NCBI GenBank assembly: GCA_965240325.2
Contig: OZ251224.1
Span: 3,100,001 to 3,164,000, forward strand
Length of the DNA stretch: 64,000 bases
Source of the DNA: Rebecca billardiae RCC1528
Lineage: Eukaryota; Protista; Haptophyta
Direction: 5' to 3'
Under the pieces are notes generated by a model. It saw only the letters and a program-made list of their open reading frames with translations. It had not been told where the DNA came from and did no database searches. The position numbers and the translations under genes are program-made. Positions 1 through 12,400 of this stretch are shown one piece after another; positions within the stretch are counted from its first letter, which is position 1, and each line of letters begins with the position of its first letter.

Positions 1-1096
1 GGGTACAGCACGTCCAGTTGGGCTGCAGCTGGAGCTTGGGTCCAAAAGCTTCCCGCCGCGCAGCGGCACTCGCCGCCGCCGCCGCCGTCGATGGGCGGTT
101 GTGGCGCGCACGGCGTGAGCCGCTGCGGGCGCTGAGGTGCGCGCGACGGCGGCGCGCCCGGCGGCGCTGCTGTAGGAGACCACTGCCCTCCTCTCTGCCC
201 CGCGCGCTTCGCTCGTCGTCGCCGTCTCCGCGCCTGCGACCAGCGCGCACGCGATCGCCGCACCGCCCGGCAGCCGGGGCAATCTCAGCCGTGACTGCGC
301 ATGTGCGTCGCGACCTGGTCGGCCCAGCGCGCGAGGCGCGTGCGGGCGAGGCAGGGCCAGTGTGGCCGCGCGCCATGCCGCCTCGACCTTGCGCCAGTGG
401 GCATGTCGCCGGCCTTGCACCTCTGTCGACAACGTTGACAACCAATGCGGCACGCAAGCGCAGACGTCAGTGTGCACGATCGAGGCAGTAGGCGTACAGA
501 CGCGATAGTTGCAGAGCCTTTTGTGATCATGCGAGTCATGCATTGTCAGCGACTCTCGCCCAGGTCGTCTGCGCGCTGAACTGACGTTTTGACTGAGTGC
601 CTCGAGATCGCCTCGACGATGGCCCGTGCATTGCTTGAACACTCACCACAGTCCAAGCGGGCAACCAGACACATGTGCTCAGTTCCCTGTTGTACGCTCT
701 GATGGGCTTACTTGAGGCGGCATGGCGCGCGGCCACACTGGCCCTGCCTCGCCCGCACGCGTCTCGCGCGCTGGGCCGACCAGGTCGCGACGCACATGCG
801 CAGTCACGGCTGAGATTGCCCCGGCTGCCGGGCGGTGCGGCGATCGCGTGCGCGCTGGTCGCAGGCGCGGAGACGGCGACGACGAGCGAAGCGCGCGGGG
901 CAGAGAGGAGGGCAGTGGTCTCCTACAGCAGCGCCGCCGGGCGCGCCGCCGTCGCGCGCACCTCAGCGCCCGCAGCGGCTCACGCCGTGCGCGCCACAAC
1001 CGCCCATCGACGGCGGCGGCGGCGGCGAGTGCCGCTGCGCCGTGGGAGCTTTTGTACCCAAGCTCCAGCTGCAGCCCAACTGGACGTGCTGTACCC
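1..1096. repeat. Inverted duplication: arm 1-384 (cut by the window edge) is the reverse complement of 714-1096, with a ~330 bp unique spacer
   Basis: Position 1 gggtacagcacgtcca is the reverse complement of 1081-1096 tggacgtgctgtaccc. Near-identity continues to ...ccatgccgcctc (384) / gaggcggcatgg (714). ORFs 18..491(+) and 679..1314(-) translate almost identically over this stretch. Confidence 0.93.
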
Positions 1097-1216
1097 TGAC
1101 TCCCCTTGGCCCGCCCTCTCACTCGTTCGCCAAGCCGAAGGGCCGTATCGGTAGGACCGCACAGCGCCACAGCCACCGCCACTTGCGACAACACCCAAGC
1201 AGCGCTTCGGGCTCCC

Positions 1217-4066
1217 ATGGAGGAGCTCCGCTCTCGCGTGGACCAGTGCCTCCACGGCGGTCCCCCATCGAGTCGACACAGCCATGAGCCGTGGTTCCAA
1301 GCCACGCTGCTCATCGCGTCTCAGCTGCCCGACTGGCTCGTCGTGCCGGCGGGGCCGAATGAACCCTTTGCGCCCCGCACGCCGTCAGCCCTGCTGCTGA
1401 CGGCCGAGGGTTGGGTAGAGGGCTGCATCTCCGCGATGAGTCCGATCATGTCGCGGTGCCATCTGGCCATGACGGACCGGCGCGCCGCCCTCGTCATGTG
1501 GTCCCAGGCCGTGGACGCGTGGGCGGACGGCAACGTGGGCATGGCGCGCGTCTTCTGCTCGGCCGCATACCTCATCGAGGTGGGCACGACCACGCCGGCG
1601 GCGTGGGCGGCGTGCGCCGCTCGATTCCACGCGCCCGATTCGGTGGAGAGGGCAACCCTCGCCGCCCTCGCGCCCAGCGCGGGCCCCGCCGCTGTGTTCG
1701 ACGCCGTGTTCTCGCGCACGCGCGATGCGTGCGCGTGCATGCAAGACTGCGACCGCCTCGGGCTCGGATTCCGGCTGCCGCCGGCCGTGCCCGCGGCGAC
1801 GGCAACGGCCAAGGCACGTGCCGAGGCCTGCCTGCGTGGCGGCGACCTCGCGGGCGCGGACGCCGCCTACCGCGACGCGCAGCGAGCCATCGAGGCCATC
1901 GCGCCTCCCGCGCTGCTTAGCCCACTGGCCCTGGCGCGCGCGGACGCGGCGGCGCTCGCGGCGGCGGCGCGGACGCGCCACATCGCGCCTTTCTCGCAGA
2001 ACGGGCGTGCCACGCGGGCCCTCTGCGAGGAGTACAGCAAGCTGGCGGCCAACCTCGCGCACGTGCGCCTGCGCCTGCACGAGGAGGGCGCACCGGGAGC
2101 CACCGCCGAGCAGGCGCTGGCGCACGCGGACCTCGCGATCCACCTCACCCCCGAGTGGGCAAAGGCGCACGCGCGGCGCGCGCGCGCGCTGATGGCCCTG
2201 CACAGGCCGGCGGAGGCGTGCACGTCCTTTGAGAAGGCAGCGGAGCGCGCAACCTCGGCGCGTGCATGCGAGGAATGGGCCGCCCTGGCCGACGCCCAGT
2301 CGCGCGCCGCGGCCGAGCTTGCGAGCGCGGCCGCTGCCGCGCGCGCGCGCGAGGCGGAGTCCAGTCCGGCCGAGGGCGCAGGAGACGAGCCCGCGCACTC
2401 CGTGCCACCGGCCATGCTGGCCTGCGCGGGCTCGCTGTGGGCTGCGCTGCCTGTGAGCGTGATGAACGAGCTGCTCGAGCGCATGCCGCCCTTGCACGCC
2501 GCCTCCGCTGAGCTCACGTGCCGCTACCTCGCGCTGCAGGGCGTGGGCGGCGCGAAGGCGCGCGCGGCCCGGCGCGCGGCGGCGCGCGGCCGGCACGCCT
2601 CCGACCAAGCCGAGAAGCTCGTCCTTGACTCTCCGCCGGACGCGCGCCCGGCTGCCGAGCGCGCGGCCGGCCGCGTGCGCCAAGCCGTCGCCACGTACCA
2701 GGCGGCCGCGGTCGCCGCCCTGCCGAGCGCGCGCTGGCGCTTTGGGCCCGGCGAGCTCCTTGCGGGCGGTGGCGCCGGCGGCGCGGCCGGCGGCGCAGCC
2801 TCCTGCCCGCTGCAGGCTGCCGCGGCCGCGCTCTTCGAGGCGCTCGAGGCCGCTGCCCCCGACCTCGCTCCCACCGCGGAGCGAGGCGCGAGGGGCGCGC
2901 TCGTGCTGCTCGTCCTCGCGGCTCTGCACCTCGGCGCGCGCCCCGCGCCCCGCGCGGAGGCGGAGGCGTTCTGGCTCGCGTACCTCCGCTGGCGTGCGCG
3001 GCTGTACGACGGCGCGATCAAGTTCGGGCACGGGCGGCTGGGGCTATGGAACCTCGCGTTCAGCTCACCGCTCGGCGGCTGGGTGGCGGCAGCGGTGGGC
3101 CTGCGCCACGCACGCTTGCTCTCGCCCCACGAGCTCGCGGCGCTCGTCTCGACCGTGGGCAGGGTGGTGCAGGATGACCTGCCCGAGGAGGAGGAGGAGG
3201 AGGAGGAGGAGGGCGAGGACGACGACTTTGGTCGGCAGACGCCGATGCGTGGCGGCGTGCGCGGCGGAGGGAGGGGCCCTGGCGAGCTGCTGTGGAAGCA
3301 CGGGCGCGCGACTCTGCCCTGGCGCACACGCGCCGTCGTGCACAGCGGCGCGCTTGTCGGCTTCGCCCTCGCCTCGCGTGCGTGCCTCGCGGCGCAGGCT
3401 GCGGACTGGCCCGGCCTCTCCCCGCCCCCGCCCGAGCTGATGGGCGCGTCACTCCACGAGCTGAAGGACGAATACTTGGGCGCTGCGCACAACCTCCTGC
3501 GCGTCTACGGTGGGCGCGCCGACACCTTCTTGCGCCGGCGCTGTCCGGAGCTCTTCAGCGGCACGGTGCAGGTGATGATGCGCTTCCTCCAGCTCGTCTC
3601 AGTCGAGCTGCCCTCCCTCGGCACGCTGCGCATGCCCAGGCACGGCACGCCCTCCGAGTGGGAGGCGGCGGCGCACGCGGTGCTGCGCGACGACATGCGG
3701 CTGTTGGGGGAGTGGCGCGTGGCGATGTCGGCCGTCGGCGAGTGGGCGCGCCAGGCCGAGCGCTGGGGCTTTGCGGTCGCGTGGCGCGCCTTCGGGGTCG
3801 CCGTCCCGCAGCCCGGTGACCCGCGCATGCTGTCGAACCACCACCTCCTCCTGTACGCGGCCGATCTACTCGCGCGCCACCCTCGCGGTGCGGAGGGCCT
3901 CGCGCGCGACCTGCAAGAGCCGGAGGGCATCGCCGCCTTCTGTGCGGGGGCGCGTCAGGTGCACGTGGCCCTCCAAGATGCCACGGAGGCGAGCGACCGG
4001 TGGTTCCAGCAAGTGCTCAACATGAACCGCATGTGGCAATCTGCCCCTCGCAGCCAAGTACGATGA
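1217..4066 (+). CDS. TPR-repeat protein with a downstream F-box-like motif; apparently intronless
   Basis: Long ORF, probable ATG at 1217. TPR-like helices: KARAEACLRGGDLAGADAAYRDA and ALAHADLAIHLTPEWAKAHARRARALMALHRPAEACTSFEKA. F-box-like WAALPVSVMNELLERMPPLHAASAELTCRYL. Acidic run EEEEEEEEGEDDD. Confidence 0.75.
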   Translation: MEELRSRVDQCLHGGPPSSRHSHEPWFQATLLIASQLPDWLVVPAGPNEPFAPRTPSALLLTAEGWVEGCISAMSPIMSRCHLAMTDRRAALVMWSQAVDAWADGNVGMARVFCSAAYLIEVGTTTPAAWAACAARFHAPDSVERATLAALAPSAGPAAVFDAVFSRTRDACACMQDCDRLGLGFRLPPAVPAATATAKARAEACLRGGDLAGADAAYRDAQRAIEAIAPPALLSPLALARADAAALAAAARTRHIAPFSQNGRATRALCEEYSKLAANLAHVRLRLHEEGAPGATAEQALAHADLAIHLTPEWAKAHARRARALMALHRPAEACTSFEKAAERATSARACEEWAALADAQSRAAAELASAAAAARAREAESSPAEGAGDEPAHSVPPAMLACAGSLWAALPVSVMNELLERMPPLHAASAELTCRYLALQGVGGAKARAARRAAARGRHASDQAEKLVLDSPPDARPAAERAAGRVRQAVATYQAAAVAALPSARWRFGPGELLAGGGAGGAAGGAASCPLQAAAAALFEALEAAAPDLAPTAERGARGALVLLVLAALHLGARPAPRAEAEAFWLAYLRWRARLYDGAIKFGHGRLGLWNLAFSSPLGGWVAAAVGLRHARLLSPHELAALVSTVGRVVQDDLPEEEEEEEEEGEDDDFGRQTPMRGGVRGGGRGPGELLWKHGRATLPWRTRAVVHSGALVGFALASRACLAAQAADWPGLSPPPPELMGASLHELKDEYLGAAHNLLRVYGGRADTFLRRRCPELFSGTVQVMMRFLQLVSVELPSLGTLRMPRHGTPSEWEAAAHAVLRDDMRLLGEWRVAMSAVGEWARQAERWGFAVAWRAFGVAVPQPGDPRMLSNHHLLLYAADLLARHPRGAEGLARDLQEPEGIAAFCAGARQVHVALQDATEASDRWFQQVLNMNRMWQSAPRSQVR

Positions 4067-4166
4067 CCTCGTGACAGTCATCGACGACTACTTATGTGAC
4101 AGTTAAGGGGGTCGTGCTACCTGACCTCGGGGCGCGAGATCAAGGCCGCTCTCGCGTGCAGCTGTC

Positions 4167-4388
4167 TTAGCTGCGCGACAAGCGGCGCGCGTCCCACTGC
4201 GCCTGCTCGTCCTCACGCTGCTGCACCTCCGCGTCGCCGTCGACCGCGTTGAGGAGAAGCTCGCGCTCGGCGTCGAGGAGCGAGCTCGCACGCTCGAGCT
4301 CGCCCTTCAGCCGCGCGAGCTCCGTGCGCATCCGGCTAGTCTCCGCCGCGTGCTCGGCGCGCACCTTTTCGAGCGACGAACGCGCCAT
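4167..4388 (-). pseudogene. Short coiled-coil ORF, possibly a gene fragment or an orphan exon
   Basis: 73 aa heptad-like sequence (ELARLKGELERASSLLDAERELLL) with coding-like codon usage. An in-frame stop lies just upstream and no partner exons were found. Confidence 0.3.
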
Positions 4389-4704
4389 GCATCACCGATT
4401 CGCAGCGTCGAGTGTGGACGGCACACTCGACGCTGTGAATCTGTGATGCTGCCGTCGCCGTCGGGCCATCAGCGTCGTTGATACATCACAGATCACTCAT
4501 ACATCGTGTGACGATCGATGATGACGCACATCATGCTGAATTGATGATAAACGCGATGATATATGACTGATGCTTTAAGTTAACAACCTGGGGCGCGCCG
4601 CCTGCCCGCATGTGCTCCGCGGGCCCGACGACGGTAAGTGCCCGCCCAATGTGGTCAGCAGTAGTGGTTTCACAGTGCCGGGGTGACGACAGACGAACGC
4701 CCGC

Positions 4705-6453
4705 AGCAGCCAGGCCGCTCGGCGCGCTCCTCGGAGCGCGCGGCGAGGACGCGCGCGGAGACACAGCCACGCTCGGCAGCGTCGAGCGCCGATGCCGCGA
4801 GCGGCTGCGCCGCCGTGCGCGCGTCTCCGCCTGCACGTTGCGCCCGACAAGCTCGTCCCAGCAGCGGCAGCCATTCCGTCGCCGCGCGGCGGCCATTCCG
4901 TCACCTCGCGGCGGCCATTCCGTCACCAGCCTGCAGCCACCGCTCGGCGCGCTCGTCGGAGCGCGTGGCGAGGTCGCGCGCGGAGACACAGCCACGCTCG
5001 GCAGCGTCGAGCGCCGATGCCGCGAGCGGCTGCGCCGCCGTGCGCGCGTCTCCGCCTGCACGCTGCGCCCGACAAGCTCGTCCCAGCAGCGGCAGCCATT
5101 CCGTCGCCGCGCGGCGGCCATTCCGTCACCTCGCGGCGGCCATTCCGTCACCAGCCTGCAGCCACCGCTCGGCGCGCATCTCGGAGCGCGCGGCGAGGAC
5201 GCGCGCGGAGAGACAGCCACGCTCGGCAGCGTCGAGCGCCGACGCCGCGAGCGGGCGCGCCGCCGTGCGCGCGTCTCCGCCTGCACGCCGCGCCCAACAG
5301 CTCGTCCCAGCAGCGGCAGCCATTCCGTCGCCGCGCGGCGGCCATTCCGTCACCTCGCGGCGGCCATTCCGTCACCAGCCTGCAGCCACCGCTCGGCGCG
5401 CATCTCGGAGCGCGCAATGAGGACGCGCGCGGAGACACAGCCACGCTCGGCAGCGTCGAGCGCCGATGCCGCGAGCGGCTGCGCAGCGGTGCGCGCGTCT
5501 CCGCCTGCACGCCGCGCCCGACAAGCTCGTCCCAGCAGCGGCAGCCATTCCGTCGCCGCGCGGCGGCCATTCCGTCACCTCGCGGCGGCCATTCCGTCAC
5601 CAGCCTGCAGCCACCGCTCGGCGCGCGCGTCGGAGCGCGCGGCGAGGACGCGCGCGGAGACAAAGCCACGCTCGGCAGCGTCGAGCGCCGATGCCGCGAG
5701 CGGCTGCGCAGCCGTGCGCGCGTCTCCGCCCGCACGCCGCGTCCGACAAGCTCGTCCCAGCAGCGGCAGCCATTCCGTCGCCGCGCTTCGGCCATTCCGT
5801 CACCTCGCGGCGGCCATTCCGTCACCAGCCTGCAGCCACCGCTCGGCGCGCGCGTCGGAGCGCGCGGTGAGGACGCGCGCGGAGACACAGCCACGCTCGG
5901 CAGCGTCGAGCGCCGATGCCGCGAGCGGCTGCGCCGCCGTGCGCGCGTCTCCGCCTGCACGCCGCGCCCAACAGCTCGTCCCAGCAGCGGCAGCCATTCC
6001 GTCGCCGCGCGGCGGCCATTCCGTCACCTCGCGGCGGCCATTCCGTCACCAGCCTGCAGCCACCGCTCGGCGCGCATCTCGGAGCGCGCGGCGAGGACGC
6101 GCGCGGAGACACAGCCACGCTCGGCAGCGTCGAGCGCCGATGCCGCGAGCGGCTGCGCAGCCGTGCGCGCGTCTCCGCCTGCACGTTGCGCCCAACAAGC
6201 TCGTCCCAGCAGCGGCAGCCATTCCGTCGCCGCGCGGCGGCCATTCCGTCACCTCGCGGCGGCCATTCCGTCACAAGCCTGCAGCCACCGCTCGGCGCGC
6301 GCGTCGGAGCGCGCGGCGAGGACGCGCGCGGAGACACAGCCACGCTCGGCAGCGTCGAGCGCCGATGCCGCGAGCGGCTGCGCAGCCGTGCGCGCGTCTC
6401 CGCCCGCACGCCGCGTCCGACAAGCTCGTCCCAGCAGCGGAAGCCATTCCGTC
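4705..6453. repeat. Satellite A: ~7.7 tandem copies of a 224-225 bp monomer, each with three internal gccattccgtc subrepeats
   Basis: Equivalent positions recur at 4923, 5148, 5372, 5597, 5822, 6046 and 6271, and the monomers are nearly identical. Confidence 0.97.
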
Positions 6454-6477
6454 AGCGCGCGGCGCGCTGCGCTCGGC

Positions 6478-9400
6478 ACGAGCCTCAGAGGGAAGTGGAG
6501 GGAACTCCTGCCGCTCGCCCGTCGGGCTGCTGCGCCGCAACACAAGCGCGGAGCGCGAGCCCGCGCCGCACACGGATGCCCCCAGGCCCAGCGCGAGTGC
6601 GCACGCCGCCCAAACGCGACTCCGACCACCTCGCGCCGTGATGAGAGCCGAGCGCGCCGCCCGGAGGGAACTCCGGAGGGAACTCCGGAGGGAAGTGCGC
6701 CCGAAACGAGCCTCGGAGGGATCTCATGCCGCTCGCCCGTCGGGCTGCTGCGCCGCAACACGAGCGCCGAGCGCGAGCCCGCGCCGCACACGGATGCCCC
6801 CAGGCCCAGCGCGAGTGCGCACGCCGCCCAAACGCGACTCCGACCACCTCGCGCCGCGATGAGAGCCGAGCGCGCCGCCCGGAGGGAACTCCGCTCCGGA
6901 GGGAACTCCGGAGGGAAGTGCGCCCAAAACGAGCCTCGGAGGGATCTCATGCCGCTCGCCCGTCGGGCTGCTGCGCCGCAACACGAGCGCGGAGCGCGAG
7001 CCCGCGCCGCACACGGATGCCCCCAGGCCCAGCGCGAGTGCGCACGCCGCCCAAACGCGACTCCGACCACCTCGCGCCGCGATGAGAGCCGAGCGCGCCG
7101 CCCGGAGGGAACTCCGGAGGGAACTCCGGAGGGAAGTGCGCCCGAAACGAGCCTCGGAGGGATCTCATGCCGCTCGCCCGTCGGGCTGCTGCGCCGCAAC
7201 ACGAGCGCGGAGCGCGAGCCCGCGCCGCACACGGATGCCCCAGGCCCAGCGCGAGTGCGCACGCCACCCAAACGCGACTCCGACCACCTCGCGCCGTGAT
7301 GAGAGCCGAGCGCGCCGCCCGGAGGGAACTCCGCTCCGGAGGGAACTCCGGAGGGAAGTGCGCCCAAAACGAGCCTCGGAGGGATCTCATGCCGCTCGCC
7401 CGTCGGGCTGCTGCGCCGCAACACGAGCGCCTAGCGCGAGCCCGCGCCGCACACGGATGCCCCCAGGCCCAGCGCGAGTGCGCACGCCGCCCAAACGCGA
7501 CTCCGACCACCTCGCGCCGCGATGAGAGCCGAGCGCGCCGCCCGGAGGGAACTCCGGAGGGAACTCCGGAGGGAAGTGCGCCCGAAACGAGCCTCGGAGG
7601 GATCTCATGCCGCTCGCCCGTCGGGCTGCTGCGCCGCAACACGAGCGCCGAGCGCGAGCCCGCGCCGCACACGGATGCCCCCAGGCCCAGCGCGAGTGCG
7701 CACGCCGCCCAAACGCGACTCCGACCACCTCGCGCCGCGATGAGAGCCGAGCGCGCCGCCCGGAGGGAACTCCGGAGGGAACTCCGGAGGGAAGTGCGCC
7801 CGAAACGAGCCTCGGAGGGATCTCATGCCGCTCGCCCGTCGGGCTGCTGCGCCGCAACACGAGCGCGGAGCGCGAGCCCGCGCCGCACACGGATGCCCCC
7901 AGGCCCAGCGCGAGTGCGCACGCCGCCCAAACGCGACTCCGACCACCTCGCGCCGTGATGAGAGCCGAGCGCGCCGCCCGGAGGGAACTCCGGAGGGAAC
8001 TCCGGAGGGAAGTGCGCCCGAAACGAGCCTCGGAGGGATCTCATGCCGCTCGCCCGTCGGGCTGCTGCGCCGCAACACGAGCGCCGAGCGCGAGCCCGCG
8101 CCGCACACGGATGCCCCCAGGCCCAGCGCGAGTGCGCACGCCGCCCAAACGCGACTCCGACCACCTCGCGCCGCGATGAGAGCCGAGCGCGCCGCCCGGA
8201 GGGAACTCCGGAGGGAACTCCGGAGGGAAGTGCGCCCGAAACGAGCCTCGGAGGGATCTCATGCCGCTCGCCCGTCGGGCTGCTGCGCCGCAACACGAGC
8301 GCCGAGCGCGAGCCCGCGCCGCACACGGATGCCCCCAGGCCCAGCGCGAGTGCGCACGCCGCCCAAACGCGACTCCGACCACCTCGCGCCGCGATGAGAG
8401 CCGAGCGCGCCGCCCGGAGGGAACTCCGGAGGGAACTCCGGAGGGAAGTGCGCCCGAAACGAGCCTCGGAGGGATCTCATGCCGCTCGCCCGTCGGGCTG
8501 CTGCGCCGCAACACGAGCGCGGAGCGCGAGCCCGCGCCGCACACGGATGCCCCCAGGCCCAGCGCAAGTGCGCACGCCACCCAATACGCGACTCCGATCA
8601 CCTCACGCCGTGATGAGAGCCAAGCGCGCCGCCCGGAGGGAACTCCGGAGGGAATTGCGCCCGAAACGAGCCTCGGAGGGATCTCATGCCGCTCGCCCGT
8701 CGGGCTGCTGCGCCGCAACACGAGCGCGGAGCGCGAGCCCGCGCCGCACACGGATGCCCCCAGGCCCCGCGCGAGTGCGCACGCCGCCCAAACGCGACTC
8801 CGACCACCTCGCGCCGCGATGAGAGCCGAGCGCGCCGCCCGGAGGGAACTCCGGAGGGAACTCCGGAGGGAAGTGCGCCCGAAACGAGCCTCGGAGGGAT
8901 CTCATGCCGCTCGCCCGTCGGGCTGCTGCGCCGCAACACGAGCGCCGAGCGCGAGCCCGCGCCGCACACGGATGCCCCCAGGCCCAGCGCGAGTGCGCAC
9001 GCCGCCCAAACGCGACTCCGACCACCTCGCGCCGCGATGAGAGCCGAGCGCGCCGCCCGGAGGGAACTCCGGAGGGAACTCCGGAGGGAAGTGCGCCCGA
9101 AACGAGCCTCGGAGGGATCTCATGCCGCTCGCCCGTCGGGCTGCTGCGCCGCAACACGAGCGCCGAGCGCGAGCCCGCGCCGCACACGGATGCCCCCAGG
9201 CCCAGCGCGAGTGCGCACGCCGCCCAAACGCGACTCCGACCACCTCGCGCCGCGATGAGAGCCGAGCGCGCCGCCCGGAGGGAACTCCGGAGGGAACTCC
9301 GGAGGGAAGTGCGCCCGAAACGAGCCTCGGAGGGATCTCATGCCGCTCGCCCGTCGGGCTGCTGCGCCGCAACACGAGCGCGGAGCGCGAGCCCGCGCCG

Positions 9401-12400
9401 CACACGGATGCCCCCAGGCCCAGCGCGAGTGCGCACGCCGCCCAAACGCGACTCCGACCACCTCGCGCCGCGATGAGAGCCGAGCGCGCCGCCCGGAGGG
9501 AACTCCGGAGGGAACTCCGGAGGGAAGTGCGCCCAAAACGTGCCTCGGAGGGATCTCATGCCGCTCGCCCGTCGGGCTGCTGCGCCGCAACACGAGCGCG
9601 GAGCGCGAGCCCGCGCCGCACACGGATGCCCCCAGGCCCGGTGCGAGTGCGCACGCCGCCCAAACGCGACTCCGACCACCTCGCGCCGTGATGAGAGCCG
9701 AGCGCGCCGCCCGGAGGGAACTCCGGAGGGAACTCCGGAGGGAACTCCGGAGGGAAGTGCGCCCGAAACGAGCCTCGGAGGGATCTCATGCCGCTCGCCC
9801 GTCGGGCTGCTGCGCCGCAACACGAGCGCGGAGCGCGAGCCCGCGCCGCACACGGATGCCCCCAGGCCCAGCGCAAGTGCGCACGCCACCCAATACGCGA
9901 CTCCGATCACCTCACGCCGTGATGAGAGCCAAGCGCGCCGCCCGGAGGGAACTCTGGAGGGAAGTGCGCCCGAAACGAGCCTCGGAGGGATCTCATGCCG
10001 CTCGCCCGTCGGGCTGCTGCGCCGCAACACGAGCGCGGAGCGCGAGCCCGCGCCGCACACGGATGCCCCCAGGCCCCGCGCGAGTGCGCACGCCGCCCAA
10101 ACGCGACTCCGACCACCTCGCGCCGCGATGAGAGCCGAGCGCGCCGCCCGGAGGGAACTCCGGAGGGAACTCCGGAGGGAAGTGCGCCCGAAACGAGCCT
10201 CGGAGGGATCTCATGCCGCTCGCCCGTCGGGCTGCTGCGCCGCAACACGAGCGCGGAGCGCGAGCCCGCGCCGCACACGGATGCCCCCAGGCCCAGCGCG
10301 AGTGCGCACGACACCCAAACGCGACTCCGACCACCTCGCGCCGCGATGAGAGCCGAGCGCGCCGCCCGGAGGGAACTCCGGAGGGAACTCCGGAGGGAAG
10401 TGCGCCCGAAACGAGCCTCGGAGGGATCTCATGCCGCTCGCCCGTCGGGCTGCTGCGCCGCAACACGAGCGCCGAGCGCGAGCCCGCGCCGCACACGGAT
10501 GCCCCCAGGCCCAGCGCGAGTGCGCACGCCGCCCAAACGCGACTCCGACCACCTCGCGCCGCGATGAGAGCCGAGCGCGCCGCCCGGAGGGAACTCCGGA
10601 GGGAACTCCGGAGGGAAGTGCGCCCGAAACGAGCCTCGGAGGGATCTCATGCCGCTCGCCCGTCGGGCTGCTGCGCCGCAACACGAGCGCCGAGCGCGAG
10701 CCCGCGCCGCACACGGATGCCCCCAGGGCCAGCGCGAGTGCGCACGCCGCCCAAACGCGACTCCGACCACCTCGCGCCGCGATGAGAGCCGAGCGCGCCG
10801 CCCGGAGGGAACTCCGGAGGGAACTCCGGAGGGAAGTGCGCCCAAAACGTGCCTCGGAGGGATCTCATGCCGCTCGCCCGTCGGGCTGCTGCGCCGCAAC
10901 ACGAGCGCGGAGCGCGAGCCCGCGCCGCACACGGATGCCCCCAGGCCCGGCGCGAGTGCGCACGCCGCCCAAACGCGACTCCGACCACCTCGCGCCGTGA
11001 TGAGAGCCGAGCGCGCCGCCCGGAGGGAACTCCGGAGGGAACTCCGGAGGGAACTCCGGAGGGAAGTGCGCCCGAAACGAGCCTCGGAGGGATCTCATGC
11101 CGCTCGCCCGTCGGGCTGCTGCGCCGCAACACGAGCGCGGAGCGCGAGCCCGCGCCGCACACGGATGCCCCCGGGCCCAGCGCGAGTGCGCACGCCGCCC
11201 AAACGCGACTCCGACCACCTCGCGCCGCGATGAGAGCCGAGCGCGCCGCCCGGAGGGAACTCCGGAGGGAACTCCGGAGGGAAGTGCGCCCGAAACGAGC
11301 CTCGGAGGGATCTCATGCCGCTCGCCCGTCGGGCTGCTGCGCCGCAACACGAGCGCGGAGCGCGAGCCCGCGCCGCACACGGATGCCCCCAGGCCCAGCG
11401 CGAGTGCGCACGCCGCCCAAACGCGACTCCGACCACCTCGCGCCGCGATGAGAGCCGAGCGCGCCGCCCGGAGGGAACTCCGGAGGGAACTCCGGAGGGA
11501 AGTGCGCCCGAAACGAGCCTCGGAGGGATCTCATGCCGCTCGCCCGTCGGGCTGCTGCGCCGCAACACGAGCGCCGAGCGCGAGCCCGCGCCGCACACGG
11601 ACGCCCCCAGGCCCAGCGCGAGTGCGCACGCCGCCCAAACGCGACTCCGACCACCTCGCGCCGTGATGAGAGCCGAGCGCGCCGCCCGGAGGGAACTCCG
11701 GAGGGAACTCCGGAGGGAAGTGCGCCCGAAACGAGCCTCGGAGGGATCTCATGCCGCTCGCCCGTCGGGCTGCTGCGCCGCAACACGAGCGCGGAGCGCG
11801 AGCCCGCGCCGCACACGGATGCCTCCAGGCCCAGCGCGAGTGCGCACGCCGCCCAAACGCGACTCCGACCACCTCGCGCCGTGATGAGAGCCGAGCGCGC
11901 CGCCCGGAGGGAACTCCGGAGGGAACTCCGGAGGGAAGTGCGCCCGAAACGAGCCTCGGAGGGATCTCATGCCGCTCGCCCGTCGGGCTGCTGCGCCGCA
12001 ACACGAGCGCGGAGCGCGAGCCCGCGCCGCACACGGATGCCCCCAGGCCCAGCGCGAGTGCGCACGCCGCCCAAAACGCGACTCCGACCACCTCGCGCCG
12101 TGATGAGAGCCGAGCGCGCCGCCCGGAGGGAACTCCGGAGGGAACTCCGGAGGGACGTGCGCCCGAAACGAGCCTCGGAGGGATCTCATGCCGTTCGCCC
12201 GTCGGGCTGCTGCGCCGCAACAAGAGCGCGGAGCGCGAGCCCGCGCCGCACACGGACGCCCCCAGGCCCAGCGCGAGTGCGCACGCCGCCCAAACGCGAC
12301 TCCAACCACCTCGCGCCGCGATGAGAGCCGAGCGCGCCGCCCGGAGGGAACTCCGGAGGGAACTCCGGAGGGAAGTGCGCCCGAAACGAGCCTCGGGGGG

